Assembly: GCA_049518775.1 (NCBI GenBank)
Contig: JBEKRL010000001.1
Coordinates: 4,076-68,075 of the forward strand
DNA from: Candidatus Dormibacteria bacterium
GTDB taxonomy: Bacteria > Chloroflexota > Dormibacteria > Aeolococcales > Bog-877
Length of the DNA stretch: 64,000 nucleotides
Direction of reading: 5' to 3'
Below, piece by piece: positions 49,736 to 60,234 of this stretch. Within the stretch, counting starts at the first letter, position 1. The number at the start of each line of letters is the position of its first letter. The notes beneath the pieces were generated by a model. The model saw only the letters and a program-made list of their open reading frames with translations, was not told the DNA's origin and did not search any database. A program made the translations under genes and the position numbers.

Positions 49736-50429
49736 ACTCGGACCGGGTCTAGCCCACCCCCGCGGTCGCTCCCGGATGGTAGCACCGACCACACTGGGGC
49801 GCAACGGAGGTGAGCTCGGCGGGGTGGAGTCGGGGAGTAGAGGCAAGGGTCGGCCCGATGGGCGGTTGGTCGGGGAGCCGCGCGGGTGGGGAGCCCGGAT
49901 GGCCGCCCGGTCCGGGGACGCCAGCAGCCAGGGGCACCGAGCCCAAGGGGGACGCGCCGGAACGTGCTCCCCCGGGGCCGTGCGTCGCCGGAAGGCGCCG
50001 TGCTGGAGAGTGGAACCGAGGTCACAGAAGCCCTCGCACCACCCCAGGGGTCTTGTTCAGCTCCAGGGCGGCTCGGGAATCTGGTCGAGGCCCGGGCCGC
50101 GGGGCCAGGGCGTCCGATTTGTGGCGCCGCCGCGGAGGGTACGGGGGGTGCCCCGGCGGCCAAGGCGGAGTCGGGTGCGCAGGATGGAGCCCAGCGGGGA
50201 TGGGCGGGAACGAGGGATCCGGATCGGCCGCAGGGGGACCGGCTCCGGGGGAGCGTCCCCGTGGGAGCTCGGCTCGCCAACCCAGGACCCGCCATGATCG
50301 ATCCGAGATCTGGGCTGAGGATGCGCTGTCTGCTATCCTCAGCGCCGACCCATATCGAGCCAGCGCGCCTAGGAGCGGGGACGGCTTCCGACTTCGGGCC
50401 GAGATGCTCGGCTGTCAAGGAATTCGGTC

Positions 50430-50576
50430 ATCAAGAGAACATTCCAGCCCAAGAAGCGCTACCGGAGGAAGGTGCACGGCTTCCGTGCGCGCATGTCGAC
50501 CCCCGGAGGGGTTCGCGTCCTCAAGCGCCGCCGGCTCAAGGGCCGTTGGCGCCTGACCCCAGCGCCGGTGCGGTGA
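50430..50576 (+). CDS. rpmH: 50S ribosomal protein L34
   Basis: (V)[43 protein letters not shown]. No canonical start before KRTFQP (GTC-ATC). The stop overlaps the rnpA GTG. Confidence 0.75.
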   Translation: MKRTFQPKKRYRRKVHGFRARMSTPGGVRVLKRRRLKGRWRLTPAPVR

Positions 50577-50905
50577 AGGCGAAGTACCGACTCCGCCGCT
50601 CCGCTGACTTTCGGGCCGTGAGCGCGGAGCGGACAGGTGCGGGAGACCAGGTCCTTCGCGTCCGGATCCGGGCCAACTCCACAGGGGCTCCCCGCATCGG
50701 CATCTCCGTGACCAAGAGAGTCGGAGGTGCAGTGCAGCGCAACCGGCTGCGGCGCCAGCTGCGGGCCGCTGTGGCCGAACGGCTCCCGACCATGACCGGC
50801 TTCGATGTCGTCCTCATGCCCCAGCCGGCGGCGGTATGCGCCGGGGGCAGAGCGCTCGGCGCCTCCCTGGACCGCTGCCTGGCCCAGGCGGGGGTGACCC
50901 GGTGA
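50573..50905 (+). CDS. rnpA: Ribonuclease P protein component
   Basis: [16 protein letters not shown]...[27 protein letters not shown] start overlaps the rpmH stop (GTGA). Confidence 0.8.
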   Translation: MKAKYRLRRSADFRAVSAERTGAGDQVLRVRIRANSTGAPRIGISVTKRVGGAVQRNRLRRQLRAAVAERLPTMTGFDVVLMPQPAAVCAGGRALGASLDRCLAQAGVTR

Positions 50906-51144
50906 GAAGAGTCTCCCTGGTGGCCATCTCCGTCTACCAGGCCACCTTCAGCCCGGTCTTCGGGCTGGTCTCAGGGTGCCGCTATGAGCCAAGCTGCTCC
51001 CACTACACCTACGAGGCGATCCAGCTCTATGGGGTTCGCCGGGGCTGGTGGATGGGGATCCGCCGGATCCTGCGCTGCAACCCGTTCCATGCAGGCGGCT
51101 ACGACCCGGTTCCGCTTCCGGAGCAGTTAGCCCATGAGCGCTGA
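50902..51144 (+). CDS. yidD: Membrane protein insertion efficiency factor YidD
   Basis: LVAISVYQATFSPVFG...CRYEPSCSHYTYEAI..RCNPFHAGGYDPVP. GTG overlaps the rnpA stop. Confidence 0.8.
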   Translation: MRRVSLVAISVYQATFSPVFGLVSGCRYEPSCSHYTYEAIQLYGVRRGWWMGIRRILRCNPFHAGGYDPVPLPEQLAHER

Positions 51145-52183
51145 GCTGCTCGCGTTCGTCAACCCAGCAGCACCGCCGCCCGCGAATCCGTTCCTGGCCG
51201 TCTTCTTCTATGTCCTTCTGACCCCGGTCGCTCTGGTCCTGCAGTTTCTCAACAGCGTCTTCAACGACTTGGGCCCGACCAAGCTCATCGGCTCGTTCGG
51301 GCTGGCGGTGATAGTGCTGACCCTGGCCATCCGCGGCCTGCTCTTCCCCCTCTTCCGGTGGCAGATCCGCACTCAGTGGAAGATCCAGGCTGACCAGCGA
51401 AAGATGGGACCGGAGCTACGCGAGCTCCAGGCCAAGTACAAGAAGGACCGGCGCAAGCTCCAGGAAGAGACCATGGCCCTCTACAAACGCCATGAGATCA
51501 ACCCCCTCAGCCAGCTGTCGGGATGCTTCCCTCTCCTCATCCAGATGCCCTTCATTTATGCCCTTTTCGGGGCCATCAACAAGCTCTCCAAGGACCTGCA
51601 CGGGCACACCAGCTTTCTCTGGATCCCCAACCTGGACAAGACTGCATTCAAAGTGGGGATTGCTGCCCATCCCGCCATGCTGATAGTGCCGATCTTGGCT
51701 GGGGTGCTGACCTTCATGCAGTCCAAGATGATGATGCAGCAGATGCGGCCGGACATGACCGACCAGGAACGACAGATGTACCGGGTCATGAGTCAGACGA
51801 CCTACCTGATGCCGATCATGATCGCCTTCTTCGCGCTCAGCTTCAACCAGGGGATCGGGCTCTACTGGATCACCCAGAGCGCGGTGATGGTGCTGCAGAT
51901 CTTCTCGATGATGGGTTGGGGCGGCCTCAAGGTTCCCCCGTGGTTCCCCGGTGCCGGTTGGAGGCCGAGGATCTACCAGCTGGGCCTGGGCCCCGCAGCC
52001 CCCGCTGTCGTCGCGGCGGGGGGTGGCGCGGTTCCGAGTGGCACGAAGGGCCCTGGCGGGAGCGCCCCGCGCAAGCCCGGGAGCCCCACCGGCCGGCGCA
52101 ATCCCGGCAGCTCTACCGGCCGGCGCAGTCCCGGCAGCTCGGCGGCGGGGCGGGCAGCGGGGAGGGGGCGGCGCGGCCGCTGA
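51134..52183 (+). CDS. yidC: Membrane protein insertase YidC
   Basis: QMPFIYALFGAI, GIGLYWITQSAVMVLQ. Gly/Pro/Arg-rich C-terminal tail. Confidence 0.9.
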   Translation: MSAELLAFVNPAAPPPANPFLAVFFYVLLTPVALVLQFLNSVFNDLGPTKLIGSFGLAVIVLTLAIRGLLFPLFRWQIRTQWKIQADQRKMGPELRELQAKYKKDRRKLQEETMALYKRHEINPLSQLSGCFPLLIQMPFIYALFGAINKLSKDLHGHTSFLWIPNLDKTAFKVGIAAHPAMLIVPILAGVLTFMQSKMMMQQMRPDMTDQERQMYRVMSQTTYLMPIMIAFFALSFNQGIGLYWITQSAVMVLQIFSMMGWGGLKVPPWFPGAGWRPRIYQLGLGPAAPAVVAAGGGAVPSGTKGPGGSAPRKPGSPTGRRNPGSSTGRRSPGSSAAGRAAGRGRRGR

Positions 52184-52189
52184 TCGGAG

Positions 52190-52879
52190 ATGGTCGCTAG
52201 TCCGGAGACGTTCGAGGGTGAAGGCGGGACCGTCGAGGAGGCCACCCGCGCCGCCTGCGCGGCTGGCGGGTTGGACGTGGACGCCGCTCTGGTTGAGGTC
52301 GTGAGCGAGGGGGGGGTGGCCGTGCCGGGCGAGCACATGTCGGGGTCCAGAGCACGGGTGAGGGTGGAGGCCACTCCAGCGGAGGGACTGAAAGGCAAGC
52401 GGCAGCTGGAGGCCCTCCTGGAGTTGATGGAGATCGAGGCGCAGGTTCAGGTGCGCCGACCCCATCCCGTCGAACCATCGCGGGGCTCGGAGCCGAGCGG
52501 ACCGCTGCTGCTGCTCGAGGTCGAGGGGGCGGACCTGGGGATCCTCATCGGGTGGAGGGGAGAGTCCCTGCGGGCGCTGCAGACGGTCCTCAACCTGATG
52601 CTGGGCCAGGCAGGGCTGGCGCCGGGAGCGCCCCACCTGATCGTGGACATCGCCCGCTATCGCCAGCGTCGGGAACGCACGGTCGCCACTCTGGCGGTCC
52701 GCATGGCCGCGGCGGTGAGCCGGAGCGGGCGCTCGGTCACCCTTGAGCCGATGCCGCCATACGAGCGACGGGCGGTGCACTTGGCCCTGGCGGGAGACTC
52801 CTCCGTGGTGAGCGAGAGCTCCGGCACCGACGCGGAGCGTCGGGTGACGATTCGCCCGGCGGGAGAGGCCAGGCCCTGA
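52190..52879 (+). CDS. jag: Jag/KhpB R3H-domain RNA-binding protein
   Basis: KH-like GWRGESLRALQ; R3H LEPMPPYERRAVHLALA. Confidence 0.8.
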   Translation: MVASPETFEGEGGTVEEATRAACAAGGLDVDAALVEVVSEGGVAVPGEHMSGSRARVRVEATPAEGLKGKRQLEALLELMEIEAQVQVRRPHPVEPSRGSEPSGPLLLLEVEGADLGILIGWRGESLRALQTVLNLMLGQAGLAPGAPHLIVDIARYRQRRERTVATLAVRMAAAVSRSGRSVTLEPMPPYERRAVHLALAGDSSVVSESSGTDAERRVTIRPAGEARP

Positions 52880-52914
52880 CCCGCCCGTCTTGGCGGACCT
52901 GGGCCGGCCCCCTG

Positions 52915-53496
52915 ATGGCCGGAGCCCTATCCACCGGGCTGGTCGCCTGCGCCACGTCTGTGTCCCCGATCGCCGCCTCGCCCAGGAATCTGGTGCTGAC
53001 CTTGTCGCAGTTGCCGTATCCGGGCTTCGTTGTTGAGATTGGATCCAAGAACACGGGCTTCATCAGCAACACCCAGGCAGCAGCCGGGAGCGCCTCCCTG
53101 CTGCACCGCTACCGGCAGGAGGGGCGCAAGAACGCCTACCTCGCCACCTTCGTGAGGGAGGTGAGTCCGCAGCAGGTCATCGGTCCGGTGGTGGTCGAGA
53201 GCTCGGCCGTTGTCTACGGCTCGGCGGCCGGGGCGGCGGAGGGGTTCGCTGTCGGTAAGGGCGATCTGGCCCGGGGCGGCTGGCTGGAGGTCTCAACCGG
53301 TGCCCTGGGGCAGGAAGCGGCCGCATTCACCCAGACCAAAGAGGCCGACGGGACCGAGTACCAATCATTCGCGGTCAGTTGGCGCCAGGAGAATGTCGTC
53401 AATGAGGTCCGGATCGCCGGCAACGCGGCCACTCTTGACCTCAACTACGCGCTCACCCTCGCGCGGGCGCAGCAGCGGGGCGAGGTCCGCCGATAG
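52915..53496 (+). CDS. Hypothetical lipoprotein
   Basis: N-terminal MAGALSTGLVAC lipobox. No recognised domain. Confidence 0.45.
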   Translation: MAGALSTGLVACATSVSPIAASPRNLVLTLSQLPYPGFVVEIGSKNTGFISNTQAAAGSASLLHRYRQEGRKNAYLATFVREVSPQQVIGPVVVESSAVVYGSAAGAAEGFAVGKGDLARGGWLEVSTGALGQEAAAFTQTKEADGTEYQSFAVSWRQENVVNEVRIAGNAATLDLNYALTLARAQQRGEVRR

Positions 53497-54843
53497 ATGG
53501 AGCGCCGTGAGCGGACAGGCCACCGCGCTTCAGGAAGGGCTGACGCCAACTGGGAGCTGATCCAGCTGAGCAACGGCGCCCAGCTGGTATTGGCACCTAT
53601 GCCAGACCGGCAGTCGGTGGCCGCGTCGGTGCTGCTCCGGGTCGGCTCCCGCTGGGAGTCGAGGCGGCTGGCGGGGGTGTCGCACTTTCTCGAGCACATC
53701 GTGTTCAAGGGGACACGGCGGTTCCCCACCAGTCGGAGTGTGTCGGAGTCGATAGAGGGGATCGGCGGGATCCTCAACGCCAGCACCGACAAGGAGCTAA
53801 CCAACTTCTGGGTCAAGGTTCCCGGGGGCCACCTGGAGGAGGCATTGCGGCTCCTGTTCGACTTGGCGTTCGCGCCCACCATTGACGAGGTCGAGGTGGA
53901 GCGGGAGCGAAAGGTCGTGCTCGAGGAGCTGCACATGTACCTCGACCAGCCCGGGGAATTGGTGCAGATGATCTTCGACCGGCTCCTCTGGGGAGACCAC
54001 CCACTGGGACGCGACCCGGCCGGCAGCAGAGCCTCGCTGGTCCGGATCGGTGCGGCAGAGCTGAGCGGGTACCGCAGCGCGTTTTACATCCCGGACCGGG
54101 TGGTGGTGGTGGTCGCTGGAGGGTTCGATCCGGGAGAGGCCCGGGGGCTGGTGGAGCGTTACTTCGCCGAGCAGGACCCGGGCGAGGTGGCACCGTATGG
54201 GCATCGCACTGACGGCGGAGTCCCGCCCAGCCTCAGCGACCAGCCCGAGGTGAAGCTACGGAGGCGGCGCGGTGAGCAGGTGCACATCCTCCTCGGGGTG
54301 CGCTGTCCTTCGTACCTGGACCCCGATCGGTGGGCGCTGGAGGTACTCAACACGGCCCTGGGGGAGGGGATGAGCAGCCGGCTTTTCCTCGAACTGCGAG
54401 AGAATCAGGCGCTTGCCTACGATGTCCATTCCTTGGTCTCCCGCCACCGCGACTCGGGCTCTTTCGCCGTCTACATGGCCACCCAGCCGCACCAGCTCCA
54501 GACGGCAGTTCGCGGCGCCCTCGCCGAAGTCCGCCGGCTGATGCACGAGCCGATCGGGCCAGACGAGTTGGCGACGACCAAGACGAGGATCGAGGGCAGA
54601 CTCCGCCTCCAGCTCGAGGGGACCAGCTCCATGGCGGAGTTCCTCGGGCAGCAGGCCGCTCTCACCGGATCGGTGATGTCCTCGGAGCAGGTGATCGCCG
54701 CGGTGTGCGCGGTGTCGGCTGAAGAGGTACAGGAGCTGGCGCGGCGGCTGTTCGCGGGGGTGGGCTGGCGGCTGGCGGCTGTCGGGCCGGTGGGCGGCCT
54801 CACCGACCTCGTGTCTTCGATCTCGGACGGGGGAGCGGCATGA
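53497..54843 (+). CDS. M16 family zinc peptidase (insulinase-like)
   Basis: [11 protein letters not shown] inverted zinc motif HxxEH. The ATG directly follows the upstream TAG. Confidence 0.8.
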   Translation: MERRERTGHRASGRADANWELIQLSNGAQLVLAPMPDRQSVAASVLLRVGSRWESRRLAGVSHFLEHIVFKGTRRFPTSRSVSESIEGIGGILNASTDKELTNFWVKVPGGHLEEALRLLFDLAFAPTIDEVEVERERKVVLEELHMYLDQPGELVQMIFDRLLWGDHPLGRDPAGSRASLVRIGAAELSGYRSAFYIPDRVVVVVAGGFDPGEARGLVERYFAEQDPGEVAPYGHRTDGGVPPSLSDQPEVKLRRRRGEQVHILLGVRCPSYLDPDRWALEVLNTALGEGMSSRLFLELRENQALAYDVHSLVSRHRDSGSFAVYMATQPHQLQTAVRGALAEVRRLMHEPIGPDELATTKTRIEGRLRLQLEGTSSMAEFLGQQAALTGSVMSSEQVIAAVCAVSAEEVQELARRLFAGVGWRLAAVGPVGGLTDLVSSISDGGAA

Positions 54844-54886
54844 TGGCCGCTCCCAGTGCTCACGCCACCGCGGAGGCAGGGAGGCA

Positions 54887-55342
54887 TTGACTGTGGAGAG
54901 GACCCTGATACTGATCAAGCCCGACGGCGTCCAGCGCGGCCTCGTCGGGGAGTTGGTGGGCAGATTCGAGCGCCGAGGCCTGCACCTGGTGGCCCTGAAG
55001 TTGACCTTGGTCAGCCGCGACCTGGCGGAGCGGCACTATTCCGAACACCAGGGAAGGCCCTTCTTCGAGTCATTGATCGAGTTCATCACCTCGTCGCCGG
55101 TGGTGGCGATGGTCTGGGAGGGACCCAACGCCGTCAGCATCGTGCGATCGATGATGGGTCCGACCAATCCCGCGGCGGCCCCTGCCGGCACTATCCGCGG
55201 TGACTTCGGGATCGACATCGGGCAGAACGTGGTCCACGGCTCCGACAGCCCGGCGCGCGCGGTTCAGGAGATCGAGCTGTTCTTCGGCGACGAGGAAATG
55301 ATCAGCTGGGAGCGTGACGGCGGCGGCTGGATCTACCCTTAG
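54887..55342 (+). CDS. ndk: Nucleoside diphosphate kinase
   Basis: [27 protein letters not shown]. Confidence 0.9.
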   Translation: MTVERTLILIKPDGVQRGLVGELVGRFERRGLHLVALKLTLVSRDLAERHYSEHQGRPFFESLIEFITSSPVVAMVWEGPNAVSIVRSMMGPTNPAAAPAGTIRGDFGIDIGQNVVHGSDSPARAVQEIELFFGDEEMISWERDGGGWIYP

Positions 55343-56120
55343 TCGCGCGCTGGGGCTGGAGCGGTAGGAGCAGGCCGACCCCCAGGATCAGAGTGAATGT
55401 GGGTGCCCCTCCGGGCAGCGGTCCCAGTTTGTTGAGGGGCCAGAATCGGGCGATGGCGATGGCCGCGATGCCCTTTCGGGGCTCCCAGCCGAAGGTGCGG
55501 GAGTCCTCGGAGACGTTGCGATTGTCGCCCATCACGAAGTAGTCGTCGGCCGGTATCCGCTGCCACCGGCCGGTTGTGGGCAGTAGCGGAGAAGAGGTGC
55601 CCGCGGCGGTGCAACACACCACCTCGTCCTGCCAGACTCCGTTGATATAGGGCTCATGCAGCTGGCGACCTCCCGTCGCGGAGGTGGGCTTGGTTTCGCT
55701 GATGTAGACGTGACCCACCCCGTGTTTGTCGGGAGCTATCCGGATCCATTCGCCGGGTAGCCCGATCACCCGCTTGATGAAGTCGTCTGAAGAGGGGATC
55801 GGTGGCTTGATGACCACGATGTTGCCCCGGGAAGGCCCCTCGACGTAAAGCGAGACGCTCTGGGCGACCAGCAGGTTGTTGTTATCGAGGGTCGGGTACA
55901 TGCTGGTCCCTTCGACGTGCACCGGCCTGACGGCGACCGCGATCAGCAGGTAGATGAGCGCCGCCAAGACAACAACCTCGACCACATCTCGGAGCAGGGA
56001 CCGCCGGGGCGGGCTCTCCGGTTCGGCGATTGGGCCAGGCGCAACGGAAGGCCCGGGCTCAGGGGATCGGTCGGCGGGCACTTGGGAAGTATAGAGAAGG
56101 GAAAAACGGCGCTTGGGCAA
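55302..56120 (-). CDS. lepB: Signal peptidase I
   Basis: GTSMYPTL (Ser box), [11 protein letters not shown]. Unusual hydrophobic C-terminal tail. Convergent 40-bp overlap with ndk. Confidence 0.85.
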   Translation of the reverse strand: MPKRRFSLLYTSQVPADRSPEPGPSVAPGPIAEPESPPRRSLLRDVVEVVVLAALIYLLIAVAVRPVHVEGTSMYPTLDNNNLLVAQSVSLYVEGPSRGNIVVIKPPIPSSDDFIKRVIGLPGEWIRIAPDKHGVGHVYISETKPTSATGGRQLHEPYINGVWQDEVVCCTAAGTSSPLLPTTGRWQRIPADDYFVMGDNRNVSEDSRTFGWEPRKGIAAIAIARFWPLNKLGPLPGGAPTFTLILGVGLLLPLQPQRATKGRSSRRRHAPS

Positions 56121-56204
56121 TGAGTGGGGTGTGGGGGTTCCCGGAGCGCAGCAGGGGCCCTGCCAAACTGCCGGTGTTCACCATTCCTTGCTCGAGGGGA
56201 TCGT

Positions 56205-56777
56205 TCATTCCCCGGGGGTGAGGAGGGCAGCACAGACGATTCTGATCAGAGCGGTGAGATCGCCGCCTGGGACTCCGAGGGTGAGTCGGTCGAGCGCAAC
56301 GCCGGTGAGTAGCGAACCGAGCCAGTCAACACGCTCCTCACTGACATCAAGACCGGCTGCCCGGAGTAACAGCGTCTGCTGTCTGACGGTCACTGCTCGC
56401 AGCTCTCGCATGAGGTTGGCCAGCTCCGGTCGACGGCTCGATTCCAAGGCGAGCTCCTCCCGGGCCAGATATCGCGCCCGGCCAGCATCCTCAGCAACAG
56501 CCACAAGCGCGGCAATCACCTTCTCAAGATCATCGCGGCTTCCCGGCCTCCCACCATCCGACGTCTGATTCAGATCGGCTAGCTGAAGCTCCAGCAAGCG
56601 ATTCGCAGCTGCCCGTAGGAGCGCATCTCTGCTGCCAAAGTAGTTGGAAGTCGTCCCGGCGGGCACTCCAGCTGCGGCATCGACTCTGCGATGCGTCAGC
56701 CCGTGAGAACCAGATGAACCGAGCACCTCGAGTGCGGCATCGGCTAGCTGTTCGGGTCGGGTCGTTCTTCGAGGCAT
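56205..56777 (-). CDS. TetR family transcriptional regulator
   Basis: Helix-turn-helix RRVDAAAGVPAGTTSNYFGSRDALL. Confidence 0.85.
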   Translation of the reverse strand: MPRRTTRPEQLADAALEVLGSSGSHGLTHRRVDAAAGVPAGTTSNYFGSRDALLRAAANRLLELQLADLNQTSDGGRPGSRDDLEKVIAALVAVAEDAGRARYLAREELALESSRRPELANLMRELRAVTVRQQTLLLRAAGLDVSEERVDWLGSLLTGVALDRLTLGVPGGDLTALIRIVCAALLTPGE

Positions 56778-56799
56778 GTCCGCGGCTCCATCGGCACTT

Positions 56800-56819
56800 T
56801 ATACTACGATCGTAGTATA
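56800..56819. promoter_or_regulatory. Perfect 20-bp palindrome TATACTACGATCGTAGTATA in the TetR/hydrolase divergent intergenic region (candidate operator)
   Basis: Read directly from the sequence. AT-rich and located between divergent start codons. Confidence 0.7.
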
Positions 56820-56827
56820 AAACGCCG

Positions 56828-58068
56828 ATGGATAGCTCCCAATTGATCGTAGCTCGCGAAGCGTCGAAGGTCCGCTTCCAGAACGGCGACATGGACTTCG
56901 TCTTGAACTGGACCATCGACGTGAGCCAGAGCGTCGGGATGGCGCCGTCCCAGGCCTTCCACGCTCTGCGTGACGTGAAGGATGGGGACCCCGTCGGCTG
57001 GGGGAACGGTTTCCGACTGCATGGGGAGTACAACGCGGCACGGGCGGCTTCCTTCGCCGAGAGTGGCAACTCCGAAGTCGCTGGCCAGTTCAATCTGGTC
57101 GCTTTGTACGGGTACCGGGCGGCGCTGCAGTACACGGATCCGCTGTCGACTCACTTCGCAACCGTCCTGGAGAGGATGGAGCGGACGTTTGCGCGGGGGA
57201 CCGAGCTACTCGGCATCCCGATCCGTCCCATCGAAGTCCCCTTCGAGCACACGACACTGGCGGGCTACTTCCTCGAGCACGACCACCAGGAGCGCCCGAC
57301 GATCGTGATGGTCGGGGGCGGCGATACGGCCCGAAAAAACCTCTTCTACTTCGCTGGCTTCCCCGGTTGGAAGCGGGGATACAACGTGATCATGGTCGAT
57401 CTGCCCGGCCAGGGAGCGATGCTCAACGGCGGCCTCCCCTTCAGAGCGAAGATGCACGATTCGGTCTCGGCTGCCGTGCAGTGGTTGGAAACCAACGCTG
57501 CCGTGCCGACCGGAGAACTCACGATCTACGGCGTCAGCGGGGGAGGCTGGATCTCGGCACAGGCTGTCGCGGCGGATCCGGGCATCAAGGCCTGGGTGGC
57601 AGCAACGCCGATCGTCGATATCGCGAAGATGTTCCTGCGAGACATGGGAGCAGTGCTTAGGGCCCCCGGCTGGGCCCTCACGTCGTACCTCCGACTAAGC
57701 CAACGCTTCAACACGGCCTCGCAGATCAACTTGAACAAGTACGCGTCGCCGTTCGGGACCGAGAATATCGTCACCGGCATCGGCGAGATCATCGACACGG
57801 TACGGCCCATTGACTTGACCGGCGGCGACCTGCCCTCGCTGTTCTTGGTCAGCGAGGGGAGAGCCCGCAAGTCAAGCGCCAAGCGCTGGCCCTGGGTGAC
57901 GATTTCCCCAAGCGCAGCGTTCCGGTTTCGGTGGAGCAGTTGTCAGTCGCCCGTGGCGCTGACGCGCACTGTCAGCTGAACAACCTGCGCCTGGCTCACG
58001 GCGTGATCTTCAGTTGGCTTGATCGTGGATGCGACCGCCTGGCTCGTGACATGAGGCTCTGTTGTTGA
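56828..58068 (+). pseudogene. Alpha/beta hydrolase (FrsA/DUF1100-like) with apparent -1/+1 frameshift in a G-run near 57855; C-terminus continues in another frame to TGA 58066-58068
   Basis: GVSGGGW nucleophile elbow. After ...LFLVSEG the listed frame gives junk, while the alternate frame gives the conserved tail ...QVKRQALALGDDFPKRSVPVSVEQLSVARGADAHCQLNNLRLAHGVIFSWLDR. Confidence 0.55.
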
Positions 58069-58131
58069 GCACGGCACGCGGAGTCCCAAACCGTTGACGT
58101 CAGGCTGGGGCATGCGGGCGCTTGGGCGTGG

Positions 58132-58503
58132 GTGAGCCGGTCCAGCAGGGCGGAGGCCGGGCGGGCGGCGGCGTTCAATAGGGAGTTCCACGCTCCGAAA
58201 TCCACGTTGGAGGTGATCACGAGCCCTGGAGGGGCGAGGCAGCTCGGACGCGATCTGCAGGATGCCGACTATCCGATCGGGGCCTGTTCGCCCGAGCCGA
58301 GGCTCCTTCGCTGGAAGCGCCACATCGCCGCCCGGCAGCAGGCCCACGTCAGACAGGGACCGACCGAGGCGGCCAAGAAATTGATCAAGCGGGTGAAGGG
58401 CGCTGCCTTCGGGTTCACCAGCTTCCGAAACTACCGCATCCGCTCACTGCTCCGGGTCGGCAAGCCCGGCTGGGACCTACTCGGTACGAGCAGGCCCCAC
58501 TGA
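58132..58503 (+). mobile_element. Transposase C-terminal fragment (ISL3-like family remnant)
   Basis: ...GPTEAAKKLIKRVKGAAFGFTSFRNYRIRSLLRVGKPGWDLL is the characteristic C-terminus of this transposase family. No N-terminal DDE region. Local GC lower than surroundings. Confidence 0.5.
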
Positions 58504-58538
58504 AAATCGAAGAGCCGGAAAAACTGGGCGGCGAAGGG

Positions 58539-59414
58539 TTAGAGTGCGACACCCAGACGGTCGACGAGACCGTTCAACTCCTCTTCGGAAAAGTAGTCGA
58601 TTACGATCCGGCCCCGGCCCTTGGACCCAGGCACGATTCTGACGCGGGTGCTGAGCCGCTCGGTCAACGCGCTTTCGACGGCGGCTAGCTGGACGTCAAG
58701 GCGGCCTGCTGTCGCAGCCCGCCGCCGCACCGGGGGCGCCTCCGCCTCGCTCACCAAACGCTCCGTGTCCCGAACCGAGAGGTTGTGGGCAAGGATCCGT
58801 TGCAGCATCTTTACCTGCTGTCCGGGGTCCGCCAGCGATAGGAGCGCCCTCCCATGGGCCGGTGAGATCTGGCCGCTCTGAATGGCCAGTTGAACCTGCG
58901 GGGCGGCCTGAAGGAGCCGCATGGTGTTGGCGACGGCCGAGCGGCTGCGACCAACGCGGTGTGCCACCTGTTCTTGGGTCATGTCGAAGACGTCGCAGAG
59001 GCGGGCGAAGGCGCGCGCCTCGTCGAGGGCGGAGATGTCGCTTCGTTGCAGGTTCTCGACGAGCGATAGTTCCAGCTTCTCTCGGTCGGGTCCCACTGGC
59101 CGGACCACCGCCGGTACCCGCGCCAGCCCGGCCATCTGGGCCGCCCTGAGGCGGCGCTCACCAGCTACCAACTGAAAGCGCTCTCCGCTGGTCTCCACGA
59201 CGAGCGGCTGCAGGACCCCGAAGGCGGCGATGGACTCGGACAGGGTCTGGAGGGGGCCCTCATCAAAGCTGGTTCGGGGCTGTTCCGGGTTGGGGTCGAT
59301 CAGGGAGATGGGGACATCGCGGGGCCCTGGCCCTACCAGGGGCCCACTGAAGCCGGGGGCGCCGGTGGGGATGAGCTGCTCAAGGCCTCGCCCGAGGCCT
59401 CGCCTCTTGGTCAT
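58539..59414 (-). CDS. parB: Chromosome partitioning protein ParB
   Basis: LAESIAAFGVLQPLVV, GERRLRAA, helix-turn-helix. Confidence 0.9.
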   Translation of the reverse strand: MTKRRGLGRGLEQLIPTGAPGFSGPLVGPGPRDVPISLIDPNPEQPRTSFDEGPLQTLSESIAAFGVLQPLVVETSGERFQLVAGERRLRAAQMAGLARVPAVVRPVGPDREKLELSLVENLQRSDISALDEARAFARLCDVFDMTQEQVAHRVGRSRSAVANTMRLLQAAPQVQLAIQSGQISPAHGRALLSLADPGQQVKMLQRILAHNLSVRDTERLVSEAEAPPVRRRAATAGRLDVQLAAVESALTERLSTRVRIVPGSKGRGRIVIDYFSEEELNGLVDRLGVAL

Positions 59415-60193
59415 GCGGCCACGGCGGCTGTGCGCAGGAGCAACTCCTCAGCCAGGGCTCGGTAGGCCGCCGCTCCACGCCCGGTGGGATCGTAGAGGGT
59501 GATCGGCAGTCCGTGGCTGGGAGCCTCGCTGAGACGGACGGATCGCGGGATGACCGTGTTGAAGGCTTGGTCTCCAAATTGGCGGCGGACTTCGCTGACC
59601 ACCTGCGAACTGAGGATGGTTCTCGGGTCGAAGAGGGTCAGCACAATCCCGGCCAGCGATAGGCCTGGGTTCAGCGACTGCCTGACCAGTGACTGGGACT
59701 GGGTCAGGAGACTCAGCCCCTCCAGCGCGTAGTACTCGCACTGGAGAGGGACCAGCATCGAGTCCGCCGCGACCAGGCAGTTGACGGTGAGCAATCCCAG
59801 CGACGGGGGCGTGTCGAGCAGGACGTAGTCGTAGTTCTGCAGGCCGTCCAGCGCCAGCCTCAGCCGAGACTCGCGGAGGGGTAGCTCGGCGAGCTCCAGC
59901 TCGGAGCCGGCCAGGGAGACGTTGGAGGGAACCAGGGTCAATCCGGGAACGTCGTCGATCTTGCGGGCTAGCTCGGAAATGGGCTGGCCAAGAACGATGA
60001 CGTCATAGATGGAGCTGACGAGCTCTGACGGACGGACACCGAGCCCCGAGGTCGCGTTGGCTTGAGGGTCGCAGTCGACGAGGAGGACCTGGAGCCCCCG
60101 CTCAGCCAAGGCTGCACCCAGGTTGACCGCGGTCGTGGTCTTGCCCACGCCCCCCTTCTGGTTGCACACGGCGATGACCATGGGACGGGACAT
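59411..60193 (-). CDS. parA: Chromosome partitioning ATPase ParA/Soj
   Basis: Start MSRPMVIAVCNQKGGVGKTT (ATG complement 60191-60193). The listed ORF start MFHVKH lies within the parS site. Confidence 0.9.
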   Translation of the reverse strand: MSRPMVIAVCNQKGGVGKTTTAVNLGAALAERGLQVLLVDCDPQANATSGLGVRPSELVSSIYDVIVLGQPISELARKIDDVPGLTLVPSNVSLAGSELELAELPLRESRLRLALDGLQNYDYVLLDTPPSLGLLTVNCLVAADSMLVPLQCEYYALEGLSLLTQSQSLVRQSLNPGLSLAGIVLTLFDPRTILSSQVVSEVRRQFGDQAFNTVIPRSVRLSEAPSHGLPITLYDPTGRGAAAYRALAEELLLRTAAVAA

Positions 60194-60218
60194 GAGCGGC
60201 AGTATAGGAGCGGGAGGA

Positions 60219-60234
60219 TGTTTCACGTGAAACA
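60219..60234. promoter_or_regulatory. parS centromere site TGTTTCACGTGAAACA
   Basis: Perfect 16-bp match to the canonical parS palindrome, 26 bp upstream of the parA start. Confidence 0.85.
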
